Shown: one piece after another, positions 12,281-39,068 of the stretch
Position numbering within the stretch: the stretch's first letter is position 1
Layout of the letters: each line of letters starts with the position of its first letter
NCBI GenBank assembly: GCA_964016885.1
Contig: OZ024748.1
Coordinates: forward strand, 11,036,001 to 11,100,000
Source of the DNA: Eledone cirrhosa
Taxonomy: Eukaryota
Length of the DNA: 64,000 bases
Direction of reading: 5' to 3'
Program-made: the position numbers and the translations under genes
The notes under the pieces: generated by a model
Database searches by the model: none
Told to the model about the DNA's origin: nothing
The model's input: only the letters and a program-made list of their open reading frames with translations

Positions 12281-15154
12281 CAGTTCCCGTAACACTGGAG
12301 CTGGGGCTAACAAGCCACTCACTCTCTCTACTTCATTGTCCCCTCACTCATGAATCACCCCTTGCCTTGCACTGGAGTAAACCTTCTTCTCTCCCTACAC
12401 TTCCTGTGAAGCCGCTGCTACTGACCATCACTACTATGCCCTATCATTGTTATTGTCATTATCATCACCACCACCACATTCATCATCACAATGTTATTTC
12501 TGTTCTAGTAAGTAGTTGTTAGTTTTAGCCATGTTTTGTGTTCTATTTCACACCATGCCACCACCTCTGTTCCTAAACTAATAAAAAAAATAATTAATTA
12601 AATAAACACAACCCTTCCACCCCCCCACCCCTCCAAAAAAAACAAAAAACATTGAAACTATTTAAAATGAACACCAAAAAAATACCATCACAATTCTAAA
12701 ATTCATCATGTCCCTCTGCTAAATACCTGTCATACGTGTGGGGTGGAGTTGGTTGTGTGACAGTACAAATGCTATCGCCATACTTAATGCCCTGCAGTTC
12801 TTTCAGTTTTTCGCAGGAACACCCAAGCGTGTGGCTCTTTCCTTCTCTTCTACCACCTCCCACTCTTCCTTTCGAAGTAAGGGTGGCCGGTACTGGGTAA
12901 ATGAAATGTCTGTATCTATCTATCTATATATATACTTTGAAAGGAGTATAGTTGGCCTGGCACATATGAGAGAAATGCCATATATATACACATATCTCAT
13001 TAAAATAAATATAACATTTAAGACCTATTTTTAATTTAAGCCATCATAAAAAAAAACCACCAGATGGAAAAGTGGAATTGTTTAACAGACAAGTGTTGAC
13101 TCCTGACATATATATAAAGAATGTGTACGTGTATATATATATAGGTACATGTATGTATATACATACATATACATCTGTATATAGTGTCTTATTTATGTTT
13201 GTATTTGCAATAGCTGTATTTGTATTCTTCGTAACATAGCTTTTATTGTTGTAAGAAAAAAAAATATTTTATAAATTTTCTCCAGTTTCAAAGTGTTGTC
13301 TTTAAAGTGTTATTAAAACAGTTTTTTTATCTTCCATTTATAAATTTAGTTTTCATTGTTTTTATATTAAAAAATACAAATATTCTGTTGGAGTGGAGTC
13401 ACTCAAGGACCTAAAGAGCCATTGTGCCTCAGTCATCACCCGACCTGCACAACCAAACATGTATTCACTACTTAACCCTTTAACATTACTCTATTTTCAT
13501 GGTAATTTTTCACAATAGTGAATCTGAGATTTTGATATTGAGAACAATACCTTAATATAAGTATGACTAACCAGGTGGAAGAACTCTGCTGGTATGTTTT
13601 GGAGTGGAGTCACTTGCTCAAGGACATACAGGGTAATCAGGCCTCGAAGTCGTTTCTGATTTTAGGCACAAGGCCAACAATTTTTGGAGTGGGGTAAAGG
13701 TCGACCTTGGCGCATTAATAGTATTTTATCAACTAGGTTGAAAGGCTGTAAACTGCCTCAAAGCATGTTCGATGCTCTACCGATACTGCCAATCCAAATA
13801 ATGGTTTGATTTAGACATGTCCTAATTTATATTTTCATGGAAAAGGCAGCACTACAACGGAATTGGCCAATTAGAAAAGGCACATTTCTAGAAAATAGTA
13901 AATTGAAGTGTGAACAATTAATTGACATTCTATTTTTTAGCCAAGGGTATTTCACAGGAATCTCGTATCGCAAATGTAGCTGATTGGCGAAAGTTTTGCA
14001 GTGATATTTAAGTTTAACTCCTTACATCGATATGCTTTATTATTTCCTTGGGTAAGTTAATATCTAAGCTTTTGCTTACACGTTAACTACAATTGTAACA
14101 GCTAGTGTAGTTTTTAATGCACATGTTAAATAAGATTGTATATTATTGTTTTAATTGTACCATAACTCTGGAAAATTACGTGGTTATTTGGTACTCATTG
14201 GATATCACGAGAAGCTGTTGAATTTATTTTCTTAATCCTGTATGTTAAAAGGTTCCGAGCAGTACAGTAAATTAAAGCCTTTACGAACAGAACTATGCAA
14301 TGAAAGTATTTTTAATAAGTGTATCTGTGGTCATGGAAGTTGTTAGAAATAGCAGGCAAATCTTATACCCTCTACCACATTAAAAAACGAAAACGGGAGT
14401 AACACGTTAATATTTATTGAAATATTCGAAGCGTTACTGCTTCGGACGTGATAAAAAGAAAATTAGAGAATTTTAAATATTTTGAAAAAACAAGCAATCG
14501 TCAAGGACTTTATATACTAATTCCTCATGGCAGCTGAGTATCAACCATCCTGCTAAGAATCTCAATGGGGAAAATTCTTCAATTTCTGCCAGTATTACAA
14601 ATCTTTTTAAGGAAGTCGGGCCCCATGAACTTCATGTTTTTTTTTGATAACTATGACTATGAAATAAAACGCGGGGCGATATGGAAACAAATGTAGAATT
14701 CATATTTTAAGTTTTTGCATCAATGTGCTGATTTCAAAGTCTACACATGGCGATATGGAAATAGACGAAGGTTGACAAATGATGTCACATTCTACTTTCA
14801 CTTCTGACAGCCGCTGTAGTACCGAAAAGGGTTTTTACCATACATAAATGAGATTGTTTGTAATACCATAACATCAGTATATGAGTTAGTCTTTTAGGCC
14901 TGTTCGGCTTTCAAAATTGCCCACTGCATGTGAATATATGTATACACAAGCTCTCTAAAAATCCCGATAGCAAAAACGTCTTTCATTTTCTAAACACGAA
15001 ACTAATTGATTAGCTCCCATTAAAATTACCACCATACAATCTTGAAAAAATTCAATACACCTCAAACATGGCCGACAGTTAAACGTAGAAATTATTTTTC
15101 TAGAACACGAAATACAAAATTGACGACTACAAAGGAAAATGTCATTGAAAATTT

Positions 15155-15160
15155 TTTATT
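15155..15160 (-). promoter_or_regulatory. Candidate ATIC polyadenylation signal AATAAA
   Basis: tttatt on + about 50 nt past the ATIC stop codon. Confidence 0.45.
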
Positions 15161-15209
15161 TGTATAATAAAAAAAAAAAAAAAAAAAAGTGGGTGGGGGG
15201 TGTCAGCAG

Positions 15210-27963
<12,754 letters not shown>

Positions 27964-30091
27964 TTTCAACTAAAGATTCCGGCACGAGCAGTAAGCAAGG
28001 GAAATAACTGTTACATACAAATATATATATATATATATTTATTTGGATATACATTTGCATATATATACATTGACTTACACACGCAGATATCTATATCTCT
28101 ATCTATCTATCTATATATACACACACATGTGTTCATACAAACATAGTTTGTTCGATTTACTATCGTAAGGTCGTGAGTTCGGTTACTGACGACGGATAAA
28201 TAATCCAGAAACACGTGTCTGACATTCCCGCCGGCTACTTGAGTTAGCTGAGGCTTGGTCACAGCTTAAAGTATTCATAGCAAGCTCTTGTATGTTTATT
28301 ATACATACATATATCACATGTGCCTTTATATACAACCCCAATTAATTTAAGATATCCCAGTGTCATTGGGATCATCCCCTACTCTCCATGTCTGCAGTCC
28401 TTAAAAGAAAGGACACATTGAAGTGGAACGGCTGATTTAGTGGATATTGCAGGCTGTTCTTCTCTATAATGGAGGCACGTGGCCTAGTGGTAAGGGTGTT
28501 GGACTTACAATCATAATGTCGTGGTTTCGATTCCTGGGTTGCGGGTTGTGTTCTTGAGCAAAACACTTCATTTCACGTTGCTCCAGTATACTCAGCTGAA
28601 AATGAGTACCAGAAATAGCTGGAGGTTTAACCCTGCGATGGACTGGCGTCCTGTCCAGGGAGGGGGGGGGGAGTCTTGTGCTCTCAGTCGCTTCACGCCA
28701 TGAAACCGGGATAAGCACCGGCTAAATGAGACTTCTGGCTTAAGACAGACTTTAGACTTAGACTTCTCTAAAACATTTTGTACCATCTGTAGAAGTATGG
28801 TTGGTTTTATTCACTCTTACAATCACTGCAGTATTTTGGTGGCCTTAACTAGGTTTTTATAAAGGCGGCCTTTACTAGCCCCGTCCTAATTATATTGCTG
28901 GGTTGTGAGAGTTTTCCGAGGAGTGTCACCAATTGTCGCCCATTGCGTCACTACCTCTAGTAACTAACAACCACTGTGAGATATGTTATCCAACTATGGG
29001 TGGAGAGTTGCCACACCAACCACCTCCCTTTTTTTGTCTTATATATAATTGTGGGTTATGAATTCTAAGTGAAAGCGCGAGGTTTAATAGTTAGTGTTTT
29101 CGGGTATTCAGCTCTTAGTCGTGGGTGAATTTTTCTGGCGGCGCATTGGGTCCTTGAGCAAGACACTTTATTTCAATTTGCTCCAGTTCACTCTGCTGAA
29201 GAAAAACCAGCCTTGTCACATAGACATTCTAACCACATGGAAGACAACCTAGAAACATTATCGATCTTCCACCCCCTCCCGCTTATTCTAACCCCCCACC
29301 CCACCCACACACGCTTATTCCACCACCCCTTTTTGCTTGGGATCCGAGAGTACTGGTGATGCTCATTTGCATATAGTGTAAAAAGAGTTATTTCCCTTAG
29401 ATCAGCGTGGTCAAATGGTTAAGGAGTTCACTGTGTGACTATTATGTCCCAGGTTCGATCCTATTGCGTGGCGTCATGAACTAGTCTCATTTACCATAGG
29501 TTGAGGTTGATCCAAGTCTTACAAGAGGAAGCTGGGTAGGCGGAAACAGTATGGAAGCTCGTCGGATGGACTGTAATTCCGAGCGCCTGCTGCTTTGTTT
29601 GTTACACACTGCGTCCCACTGAATCTCCCTGAGAACTAAATCAGAAACCATTATTTTTTATTACAATTAATTAATAATTATTAACTAAGGATCTCTTAGG
29701 TTAATGAATTGGCAGAATCGGTAGAGCGTCGGACTAATGCTTTTCGGAGGAGAGTTACATCCCTTTGTGTTCTGAGTTCAAATCCTGCCCGGAGTCAATT
29801 TCGATTTTCATACTTCCGGGAGTCGATAAAAAGAAACAGTTAAGTCGATTGGCTTACACGCCCTCCCTGACATCTAAATTGCTGGCCTTGTGCTGAAATC
29901 AGATCTCGTTATTGGATGAGAACGAAAATAATATCGGTAGAACGCTTCCTAACAAACGTTCAATGCCTTCCGGTGTGTAGGGATGGCGGTTGCGGTCAAT
30001 CAATGAAGTACCACTTACGTACTTATTGCTAATTCAATTGTTTCTCACGCCCTTAAACTATTAGAAATAAATCTATGTATCTGTATGAGAG

Positions 30092-30135
<44 letters not shown>

Positions 30136-30436
30136 ATTGTTGTTGTTGTTGCTGCTGCTGCTGTTGTTGTTGTTGTTGTTGTTGTTGTCGTCGTCGTCGT
30201 CGTCGTTGTCGTTGTTGTTGTTGTTGTTGTTGTTGTGATTCTCCCTCTTTCCAGCCACACTGTCATCCCTTCCCCTCTCCCCTTAGATTTTAGATTCTCC
30301 ACATAGGTTATTGTAAAACTATTGAAAAAACATATTTCTGAAAATCGATAAAATTCCAGAAAATTCTTCTATTCATATTTTCCAAAACAACAACAGCAGA
30401 AACGACAACAATAACAGTAACAACAACAACAACAGT

Positions 30437-30474
<38 letters not shown>

Positions 30475-30710
30475 CTAAAATAACAACAGCAACAACAACT
30501 AAAATAACAACAACAACAACAACAGAAACAATAACAACAACAGCAAAAACAACAGCAATAACAACAACAGCAATAACAACAACAATAACAGCAACAACAA
30601 CAACAACTAAAACAACAACAACAACAACAACAACAACAGAAACAATAACAACAACAGCAAAAACAACAGTAATAACAACAACAGCAACAACAACAGTAAC
30701 GACAACAATA
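30092..30710. repeat. (GCT)n/(GTT)n and (AAC)n microsatellites
   Basis: Direct inspection. Confidence 0.9.
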
Positions 30711-30917
30711 GTTTATTTCCTCAAATCATTTATGGAAAATATGGAAAAAATATGAAACAATTTGGAAAATTTATATTATTTACATCATGTTGTGTTGTTG
30801 ATAGTTGGTGAGAAAGAGAGAGAGGGGGAGAAGCAGAGAGTGAGTGATTGGAAGTGTGAGGAAGAGGCCAGCTGAGAGAGAGTGTGACTGGCAGAGATGC
30901 ATATATATACATACATA

Positions 30918-31802
30918 CGAGGTGGGTCAGAAAAGTTCCAGGACTGATGTCACAAAAGATTTATTTCAAACTCAAACTTCATACTAAGAGTTTTCTCCTT
31001 CAAAGTAATCCCCCTGGAGTATGTAACTGTAATCTTAGCTCTCTGCAGCGATCGAACTTTTTTCTGCATGATTTTATATACATGTCCTCTGTTTCAGGTC
31101 GTCAGGCAATGAGCACAGAGCAACGAACAAACTTGAAAACTCCGTCAGAAGCACTGGGATTGCTGCAGCAAGTGTATGGAGATGAGACGATGTCACGCTC
31201 ACGTGTTTTTGAGTAGTGCAAGAGGTTTAAAGAAGGACGCGAGGACGTGGAAGATGACCCCAGGAGCGGAAGGCCCTCAACAACCAGGACTGAGGTCAAC
31301 GTTGAGCGCGTCAGGCAGATGGTGCGTAGCGATCGTCGGCTGACTGTTCGACTGATGGCAAATGAGCTGGGCGCGAATCGGGACAGCGTCTGGAAGATTC
31401 TCACTGAATATTTGGACATGCGGAAAGTCTGCGCGAAGATGGTGCCAAAACTGCTGAACGATGACCAGAAGGGTCGACGCATGCAAGTGTGCCAGGACAT
31501 CCTCGAGCGTCTTGAAACCGAACTAGACTTGCTAGGGACAGTCATCACCAGTGATGAGTCATGGATCTTCGAGTACGACCCGGAGGGGAGCCGTTTTGAA
31601 GACGTGGACGACATCAAAAAGGCCGTGACGACGGAACTGCGGAGGATCCCGGAAGAATCCTTCCAGGAGTTCATGCAAGCGTGGCAGAAAAGGATGGAAA
31701 AGTGCATTAGACTCCAGGGGGATTACTTTGAAGGAGAAAACTCTTAGTGTGAAGTTTGGGTTTGAAATAAATCTTTTGTGACATCAATCCTGGAACTTTT
31801 CT
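30918..31802 (+). mobile_element. Defective, internally deleted mariner (Tc1/mariner) transposon
   Basis: TA target at 30916-30917. TIRs of about 100 bp at 30918-31020 and 31711-31802. Transposase remnants include VEDDPRSGRP, the WVP-like KMVPKLL, TSDESWIFEYDPE and GDYFEG. There is a premature TAG near 31214, and the deletion removes the last two catalytic Asp residues. Confidence 0.92.
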
Positions 31803-31807
31803 ATACA

Positions 31808-31923
<116 letters not shown>

Positions 31924-31934
31924 TAATATATATA

Positions 31935-32412
31935 TATATTTATTTATTTAGGTTTGTTGGTTCACCACTGGATAGAACTGGTCATTCCGTATGGTCAACC
32001 TCGATGTAATATTATGAAGAGCACTCGACGTAATGCAACTCACCCGTCTTCGTTTGTTTAGTTGGTGGTGCGAGTACGGAGTTAATTATTATAAAATAAC
32101 AGGAGGTTAGACTGGTGTAAATCCTTGAAAGGTTTATTATACTATGATCATTTCAATCACCGGGTTCAGTGTGAATCCGGTGACATCATCAGGTATTCAA
32201 AATATAACAAAGGAATATAACAGATAAAATTCATGGGGCTGAAAATGGTCGGTCGTGCTCTTGTCTCTGATTTTCAGCTCCATGGATGTTATCTGTTATA
32301 TTCCTTTGTTATATTTTGAATACCTGATGATGTCACCGGATTCACACTGAACCCGGTCATTGAAATGATCATAGTATAATAAACCTTTCAAGGATTTACA
32401 CCAGTCTAGCCT
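31935..32412 (-). mobile_element. Fold-back Penelope pLTR-like element with hammerhead motif (family A, copy 1)
   Basis: Inverted arms at 32104-32246 and 32270-32412; homologous to 41766-42140. Confidence 0.7.
32320..32377 (+). ncRNA. Minimal type I hammerhead ribozyme motif
   Basis: atac-CTGATGA-[accgg attca..tgaac ccggt stem II]-GAAA-TGATCA (palindrome)-TA-gtat. Confidence 0.7.
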
Positions 32413-32689
32413 CTATATGAAAAATGGCGTGTTGCATGGTTGCACATGGGTTACATATGAATAAAATTAGTCCTTCATCAGTGATCTTCCAAACTTCATT
32501 GGCGTTTCTTCGCTTTACACACACACATATATATATATATTATTTTCAACCTAAAAACTTTCCGGACTTTCGCAGTTATCTCCCTTACACCTCCCGCACG
32601 CAGTCTAGTATTGCCTGTGTGAAGTGACCGAGTTTCTGCGCATGCGCGTTCGTACGGTTGTCCTTCCTGTTCCTATAAACATACACATC

Positions 32690-32729
32690 CCGAGCTGAAG
32701 ATCCGCGAAGGTGAAACAATTGTTCTCGG
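32690..32729 (+). ncRNA. Minimal type I hammerhead ribozyme motif (family B)
   Basis: ccgag-CTGAAGA-short stem II-GAAA-CAATTG (palindrome)-TT-ctcgg, with TATAAA at 32674-32679. Confidence 0.7.
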
Positions 32730-34179
32730 TATGGTGAACTAACTGTTGTGTAACCACTTCTACCTAACTCGTCCCCTGGACTGAGTGCTCTACCACTACG
32801 GATATTACCTTCCAGTGTTCCACCACTATATATATATATTTTTATTGTTTGACCCGAATTACTTGGTCGTTTGTTTTGGCTGTGCGGATGATTTGTTTAA
32901 CCACCATCTCAGTGTGTTTGGCCCTTAACGTATGTTGTAGCTCTGATTCACATGAATCATCGAGCGCTTGCCACACATGTCGGAAGTTGTTTTTCGTTAA
33001 TTCCTGAACTGAAATACGATTCTCGCTAATTTATATTTGTATATATATATATATATATGTGAAAAAATGGGGAGAAGAATACTGCAGGTTGCACATGGAT
33101 AACATGTTATAAAATGAGTCCCTCATCAGTGATTTGCCAACGATCATAGATATTTCATTGCATTAAAAATCATATACCTAACGTTGGTGCAATAATAACT
33201 AAATTAAGTTATTAGGAAAATTAAAACGCGTAAAGCGAGTGAGACAAGTAAACAACAAAGAGGAAAGCTAACCGTAGATAGGAAGGGAACAAGCTACATA
33301 GTTATTCTGTCAGCATAAGCTGGGTGAATATATGAGCGCTTAGAAAAAAGACCTTACGAGATGAATCCAAATGTAAGAAAGAAGGAAATTGTATTCGTTG
33401 CGAACGGGGTGAAGTGAGAAGGGGAGAAACAGTGAGTGAGTGAGTGGAAGTGTGAGGAAGAGGTCAGTAGAGAGAGTGGAAGTGTGAGGAAGAGGTAACA
33501 TGACCCTCCCAAAGTATATATTGTTATACTTTGGGAGGGTCATGTTGAAAGATAAGAAATCTCGCAAAACAAATTCAAAACGAATTCAGACGCTTCTGTT
33601 AGAATCGTCTAGCTTCGTGAAACCTTGGGTAATGGATCCATTATATTGTGTTGTTTATTACATAGATAATATATATATAGTAAAACACTGGTGTGTTAGA
33701 CCCGCAGTAGTAGAGCATTCAGTCCACGGGACGAGTTTGGTAGTAGTTCCACAACAGTTAGTTAACCATTCCCGGGAATAACTTGTTTCACCTTAGATAG
33801 CCGTGGGTCGATCCATGAGTGAAATTTGGTAGACGGAAACCATTTGTGTATAAGAAAATGAAGAAACCCAAAAGCAAAACTGAATTCAGTATATATGGAA
33901 TAATTTATTACTTTTTAACATTTTTGATACATATCATTATATATATATATATTTTTTTTTCAGGAACGATCGACTTTCGTCAAATCGGACCGAGGGAACA
34001 ATGTTTCCGTTGGTCTTTCCAATTGCTAATACTATCTATCGGTCGCAACTCCAGGTAGAAGGAGCAACGTGAAAATAAAGTGTCTTGCTCAAGGACATAA
34101 CGCATCGCCTGGTCCAGGAATCGAACTCACAACCTTACGATTGCGAATCCAATTCCCTAACCACTCAGCCACACGCCTT

Positions 34180-34240
<61 letters not shown>

Positions 34241-34551
34241 GCATACATACTTACATACATATTCATTTATTAAAGCCAATATATATATACATACATATAT
34301 ATATATATATATATATTTATTTCATTATATATTTATATATTTATTTATATTATATATATATCTACATTTATATATGTGTATATATATGTACATACACTTA
34401 CATACATACATACATATATACATACATATATATATATGTATATATTTAATGCGATGAAATACCAATGATGGTTGGAAAATCACTGACGAAGGACTATTTT
34501 TATCATATGTAACCCATGTGCAACCACGCAGTATTCTTCTTTCTTCTCATG

Positions 34552-34607
<56 letters not shown>

Positions 34608-35881
34608 GTATATAATATGCATATGGATATAATAGTTTTAAAAAAAAGACTTCAACAGAATTCAACAAATTTATAATAAACAATCATCAACATCGTTAAC
34701 AACAACAACAACTGGAAGATCAACAGGACTACCACCAAGGACCCAAACAGTAGAAATATTAGTAACACCCCTGAATTTCAAACTACCAAATTGTTAAAAT
34801 AGTTTATTACCCAAATAATGGATCTCTCATAACCTGAAAGATGTTCATATAATTAAAACAAAACAAAACAAAACAAAAACAAACGAAAACTTTAAGATAT
34901 TCCCCAACAATAAACCTTTTAACAATAGCCACATTGTTTGCTTGTGTGATCTACACATATGATACAAATGAGATGAAAACATCACGTGGTTTTGCATGTG
35001 AATCGATTAATATGTCATGTTTTGGGTATGACTACTGAATAGATAGAAAGGTACATACACGCATAGTTACACATATAGACACACACATATACATATACAT
35101 ACAATCACATACCCATACATATATAGACATATATACATACAGACATATATACACATATATACACATACATATGCACATACACACATATGTATATTTATAT
35201 ATTTACTCAAACACACACACGCACATATACACATACACAGACTGACACATACACACACAGAGACTGACACATACACACACACACATACTGACACAGACAC
35301 ACACACAGACTGATACAGACACACACACAGACTGACACAGACACACACACAGAATGACACATACACACACACACAGAATGACACAGACAGACGCACAGAC
35401 TGACACAGACACATACACAGACTGACACAGACACACACACACATACTGATACAGACACACATACTGACACATACACACACACAGACTGACACAGACACAC
35501 ACACACAGACTGACACAGACACACACACATACTGACACAGACACACACAGACTGACACATACACACGCACACATACTGACACAGACACACACACAGACTG
35601 ACACACACACACACACAGACTGACACATACACACACACACAGAGACGGCTGCTACTGTTACTATAAGACATGTATTCCTACACAGCCGAGGCACAACTAG
35701 GAATTGAAACCGTTAGCATGTAGATCGCAGCAATAATACATTAATACTGTAGCACAACTTATCATACACACTAACACATACACACACACACACAGATCTT
35801 ACCACACATTCATACATACATGCGTACTTACATATATACATACAGACTCTCTCTCTCTCACACACACACACATCTTACCAC

Positions 35882-35914
<33 letters not shown>

Positions 35915-35946
35915 CATACATACATACATACATACATACATACATA

Positions 35947-37241
35947 GACAGTCAACGCGATCAGTCGCATATTTTGGCGTGGGAGACTATTTATTAAATT
36001 TAAGATGAATACTATCTCCGACAGTAATGCCACAACTACAGTCACGTTGAATAACTGGTTATTCTTCTAACTATATCTTCTGAAGACACCTTTTATTCGA
36101 ATTCGTAGAGATATCCGACTAAATATATAATTCATTTTACAAGGATTTGCTACAAACAGCATGGCTGAACACAATATCAACAAAAAAAGTAAGGAAGTAC
36201 CGAAGACAAATAACAAGGAAGGCAATCAAACTTTATTCAGTTGTAGCTACAGAAGAAACCGAAATTATAAATCGCATTTCTCTTGGAGTTGCGAACTTAA
36301 TAATGATTTATTTAATTGTTATAAAATGGCAAAAAAACAATCCCTCCATTGGCTATATGAATAGAATGAAGCTACACTGGGACGAAATGCACCCAGAGCT
36401 AAATTATTTCACAGCGAAACAATTACGCCAACAAGCGACGTTTGTTGAACGTAAAAATAAGATAAATATTATTAATTGTAAGTCCCCCACAACAAACATG
36501 TTATCAACAACACGTGCTACAGGTCGCCATGCTACTAGACTTCCTAGCAGCCAGGTCGAACAGCGTCTTGAAACAACTATGCCTGTCAGAAACTTGACAC
36601 TCCATGTACATAATATGAAAGAGTACTGGTGGAATGTTCCAGTAAAAACCCCAATAAAATGCAGGCATAACAGACCAGATATTATGATATGGGACAGGGA
36701 GAAGAAAACATGCACAGTAGTGGAAATTAGCTGCCCAGCAGATGCCAATATAATATCAAAGATTAGTGAAAAGGAGAATATTTATGCAGAACTGATGAGA
36801 AATCTGCAGATACTCCACCCTGATTACACCTTCAGATTTATGCCTGTGATTATTGGGGCACTGGGATATGTTAGTAACTGCCTCAATACAAATCTTGAGA
36901 AGCTAGGCTTCACAGGAACAGAAAGAACACAACTAGTTAGGAAATTACAAGTACAATCCATTAATAGAACAGTAAAAATATGTAAAACATTCCAAAAATT
37001 TTGCATCTAATAACTGCATATACACATGTACAGATACAAAGCATATACACATGCACACATACAACTCAAAACATACACATTCACATACAATAACATCCAT
37101 ATCTACACATGCATGCATGCAGACATACATACATATCTACCTAGTTGATGTGTAAATTCCAATGAGAGAGTCTTGTGTCTATGTTAGAAACCGACTCTCT
37201 CTCTATTGGTAAAACTTTGTGAAATTATAAAACCAGAAGAA
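35947..37241 (+). mobile_element. Internally deleted RLE-type non-LTR retrotransposon (R4/Dong-like)
   Basis: ORF 36147-37010 joins an N-terminal GYMNRMKLHW..HP..QLRQQA segment to an RLE domain (HNRPDI..VVEISCP..EKENIY..PVIIGALG). It is flanked by (ACAT)n on both sides. Confidence 0.8.
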
Positions 37242-37548
37242 CATACATACATACATATATACATATGAACTTGGATTTGCGGACAAAGAGCGCAGCTCCC
37301 TAATTCATAGCCTACAAATGGCTGCGGTAGCTGGCACCTTCAAAATTTGCAAAACATTCTTGCGATTCAAGGGATGACAATTTCTTTTCTTTTACAACCT
37401 TGCCACCAGGTGGCCGGTCAAAAAAATATACTCGAAATTAAGAGAAAGAGATATATACATATATACATACATACATACACACAATATATATAACAACATA
37501 TTTTTTTTTTTGCCTTTTTGAACTTGAAATTTCACAGCCTCTTCTTGT

Positions 37549-37889
37549 AGTAAGTAGTAGTAGTAGTAGTGGTGATGGTGGTAGTAGTAATGGTGGTGGT
37601 GGTTGTGACAGTAGTAGTAGTAGTAGTAGTAGAGATGGTGGTGGTGGTGGTAGTGTTTGTTGTAGTGGTGGTGGCAGTAATAGTTCTGGTAGTGATAGTG
37701 GTAGTGGTGATGGTGGTAGTGGAGGTGGAGATGGTGGTGATGGTGGTGATGGAGGTGGCGGTGGCGGTGGTGGTGATGGTGTTGGTGGTGGTGGTAGTGG
37801 TGGTGGAGATAGTAGTAGTAGTAGTAGTATGATGAGTAGTGATGGTGGTAGTAGTAATGGTGGTAGTAATAGTAGTAGTATGAGTAGTG

Positions 37890-37925
<36 letters not shown>

Positions 37926-38008
37926 GTATGAGTAGTGGCGGTGGTAGTAGTAGTAGTGGTGGTAGTAGTAGTCGTAGTAGTAGTAGTGGTGGTAGTAGTA
38001 GCAGTAGC

Positions 38009-38056
<48 letters not shown>

Positions 38057-38250
38057 TGAAAGTTATACGAATTTGCCACGACGACGATGACGATGACAAC
38101 AGCGATGATGATGATGATGACGACGAAAATCACCTCCACCACCACCACCACCACCAGCATTATCATCCTCATAATCATCATCATCCTCTTCCTCCTCCTT
38201 TCCATCTCCTCCTCCTCCTCCTCCTCCTCCTCACCACCATCATCATCATC
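37549..38250. repeat. (TAG/TGG)n, (GAT)n, (CAC)n and (CTC)n low-complexity block
   Basis: Direct inspection. Confidence 0.9.
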
Positions 38251-38314
38251 TTTAAAAGAAGTGTTGTTTGTCGCAGGATTTAGAGAATATGGAAGTATGG
38301 ATGCCCAGAAGCGT

Positions 38315-38339
<25 letters not shown>

Positions 38340-38345
<6 letters not shown>

Positions 38346-38716
38346 ATTAAATAAATGGAAAACTATATTTATAAAACCATATTTATTTCATTATATATAT
38401 TTCGGGGATATCATATTAACAATATGCTATGCCTTCATCAGACAAAATACAATATAAACAGTTTTATAGATAAATATATTCGACATACCGTAATAAACAT
38501 CAACTTCATTTGAAGAGGTTTACTCTAGCAGAGTAAACCTCTTCAAATGAAGTTGATGTTTATTACGGTATGTCGAATATATTTATCTATAAAACTGTTT
38601 ATATTGTATTTTGTCTGATGAAGGCATAGCATATTGTTAATATGATATCCCCGAAATATATATAATGAAATAAATATGGTTTTATAAATATAGTTTTCCA
38701 TTTATTTAATATTGTA
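38340..38716. repeat. Perfect palindrome with 187-bp arms and a 3-nt loop, containing a hammerhead motif
   Basis: Arms at 38340-38526 and 38530-38716. CTGATGA at 38615-38621, GAAA at 38653-38656, then TATATA-TA. Confidence 0.9.
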
Positions 38717-38800
38717 AATATACTCCAAATATTTGTCGAGTGCTTTTATATCAGTTATAAATATTTACTAGTTGTAACCCAACAATTTTAAATATAACTT

Positions 38801-38840
<40 letters not shown>

Positions 38841-39005
38841 ACAAAGAAACCAAGTGGACCATAACACACCAGAGTACTCAATACTTAGGGTAGTAGAGTG
38901 GGTAATAAGAAAAGAGTCAGTCCCCCCCCCCACCCCCCCCCCCTCCACCGTTCGGATCTTGCTGTCGAAACGGCCGGAGCTCAGTTGCCGACATCATGAC
39001 TCTTC

Positions 39006-39068
<63 letters not shown>

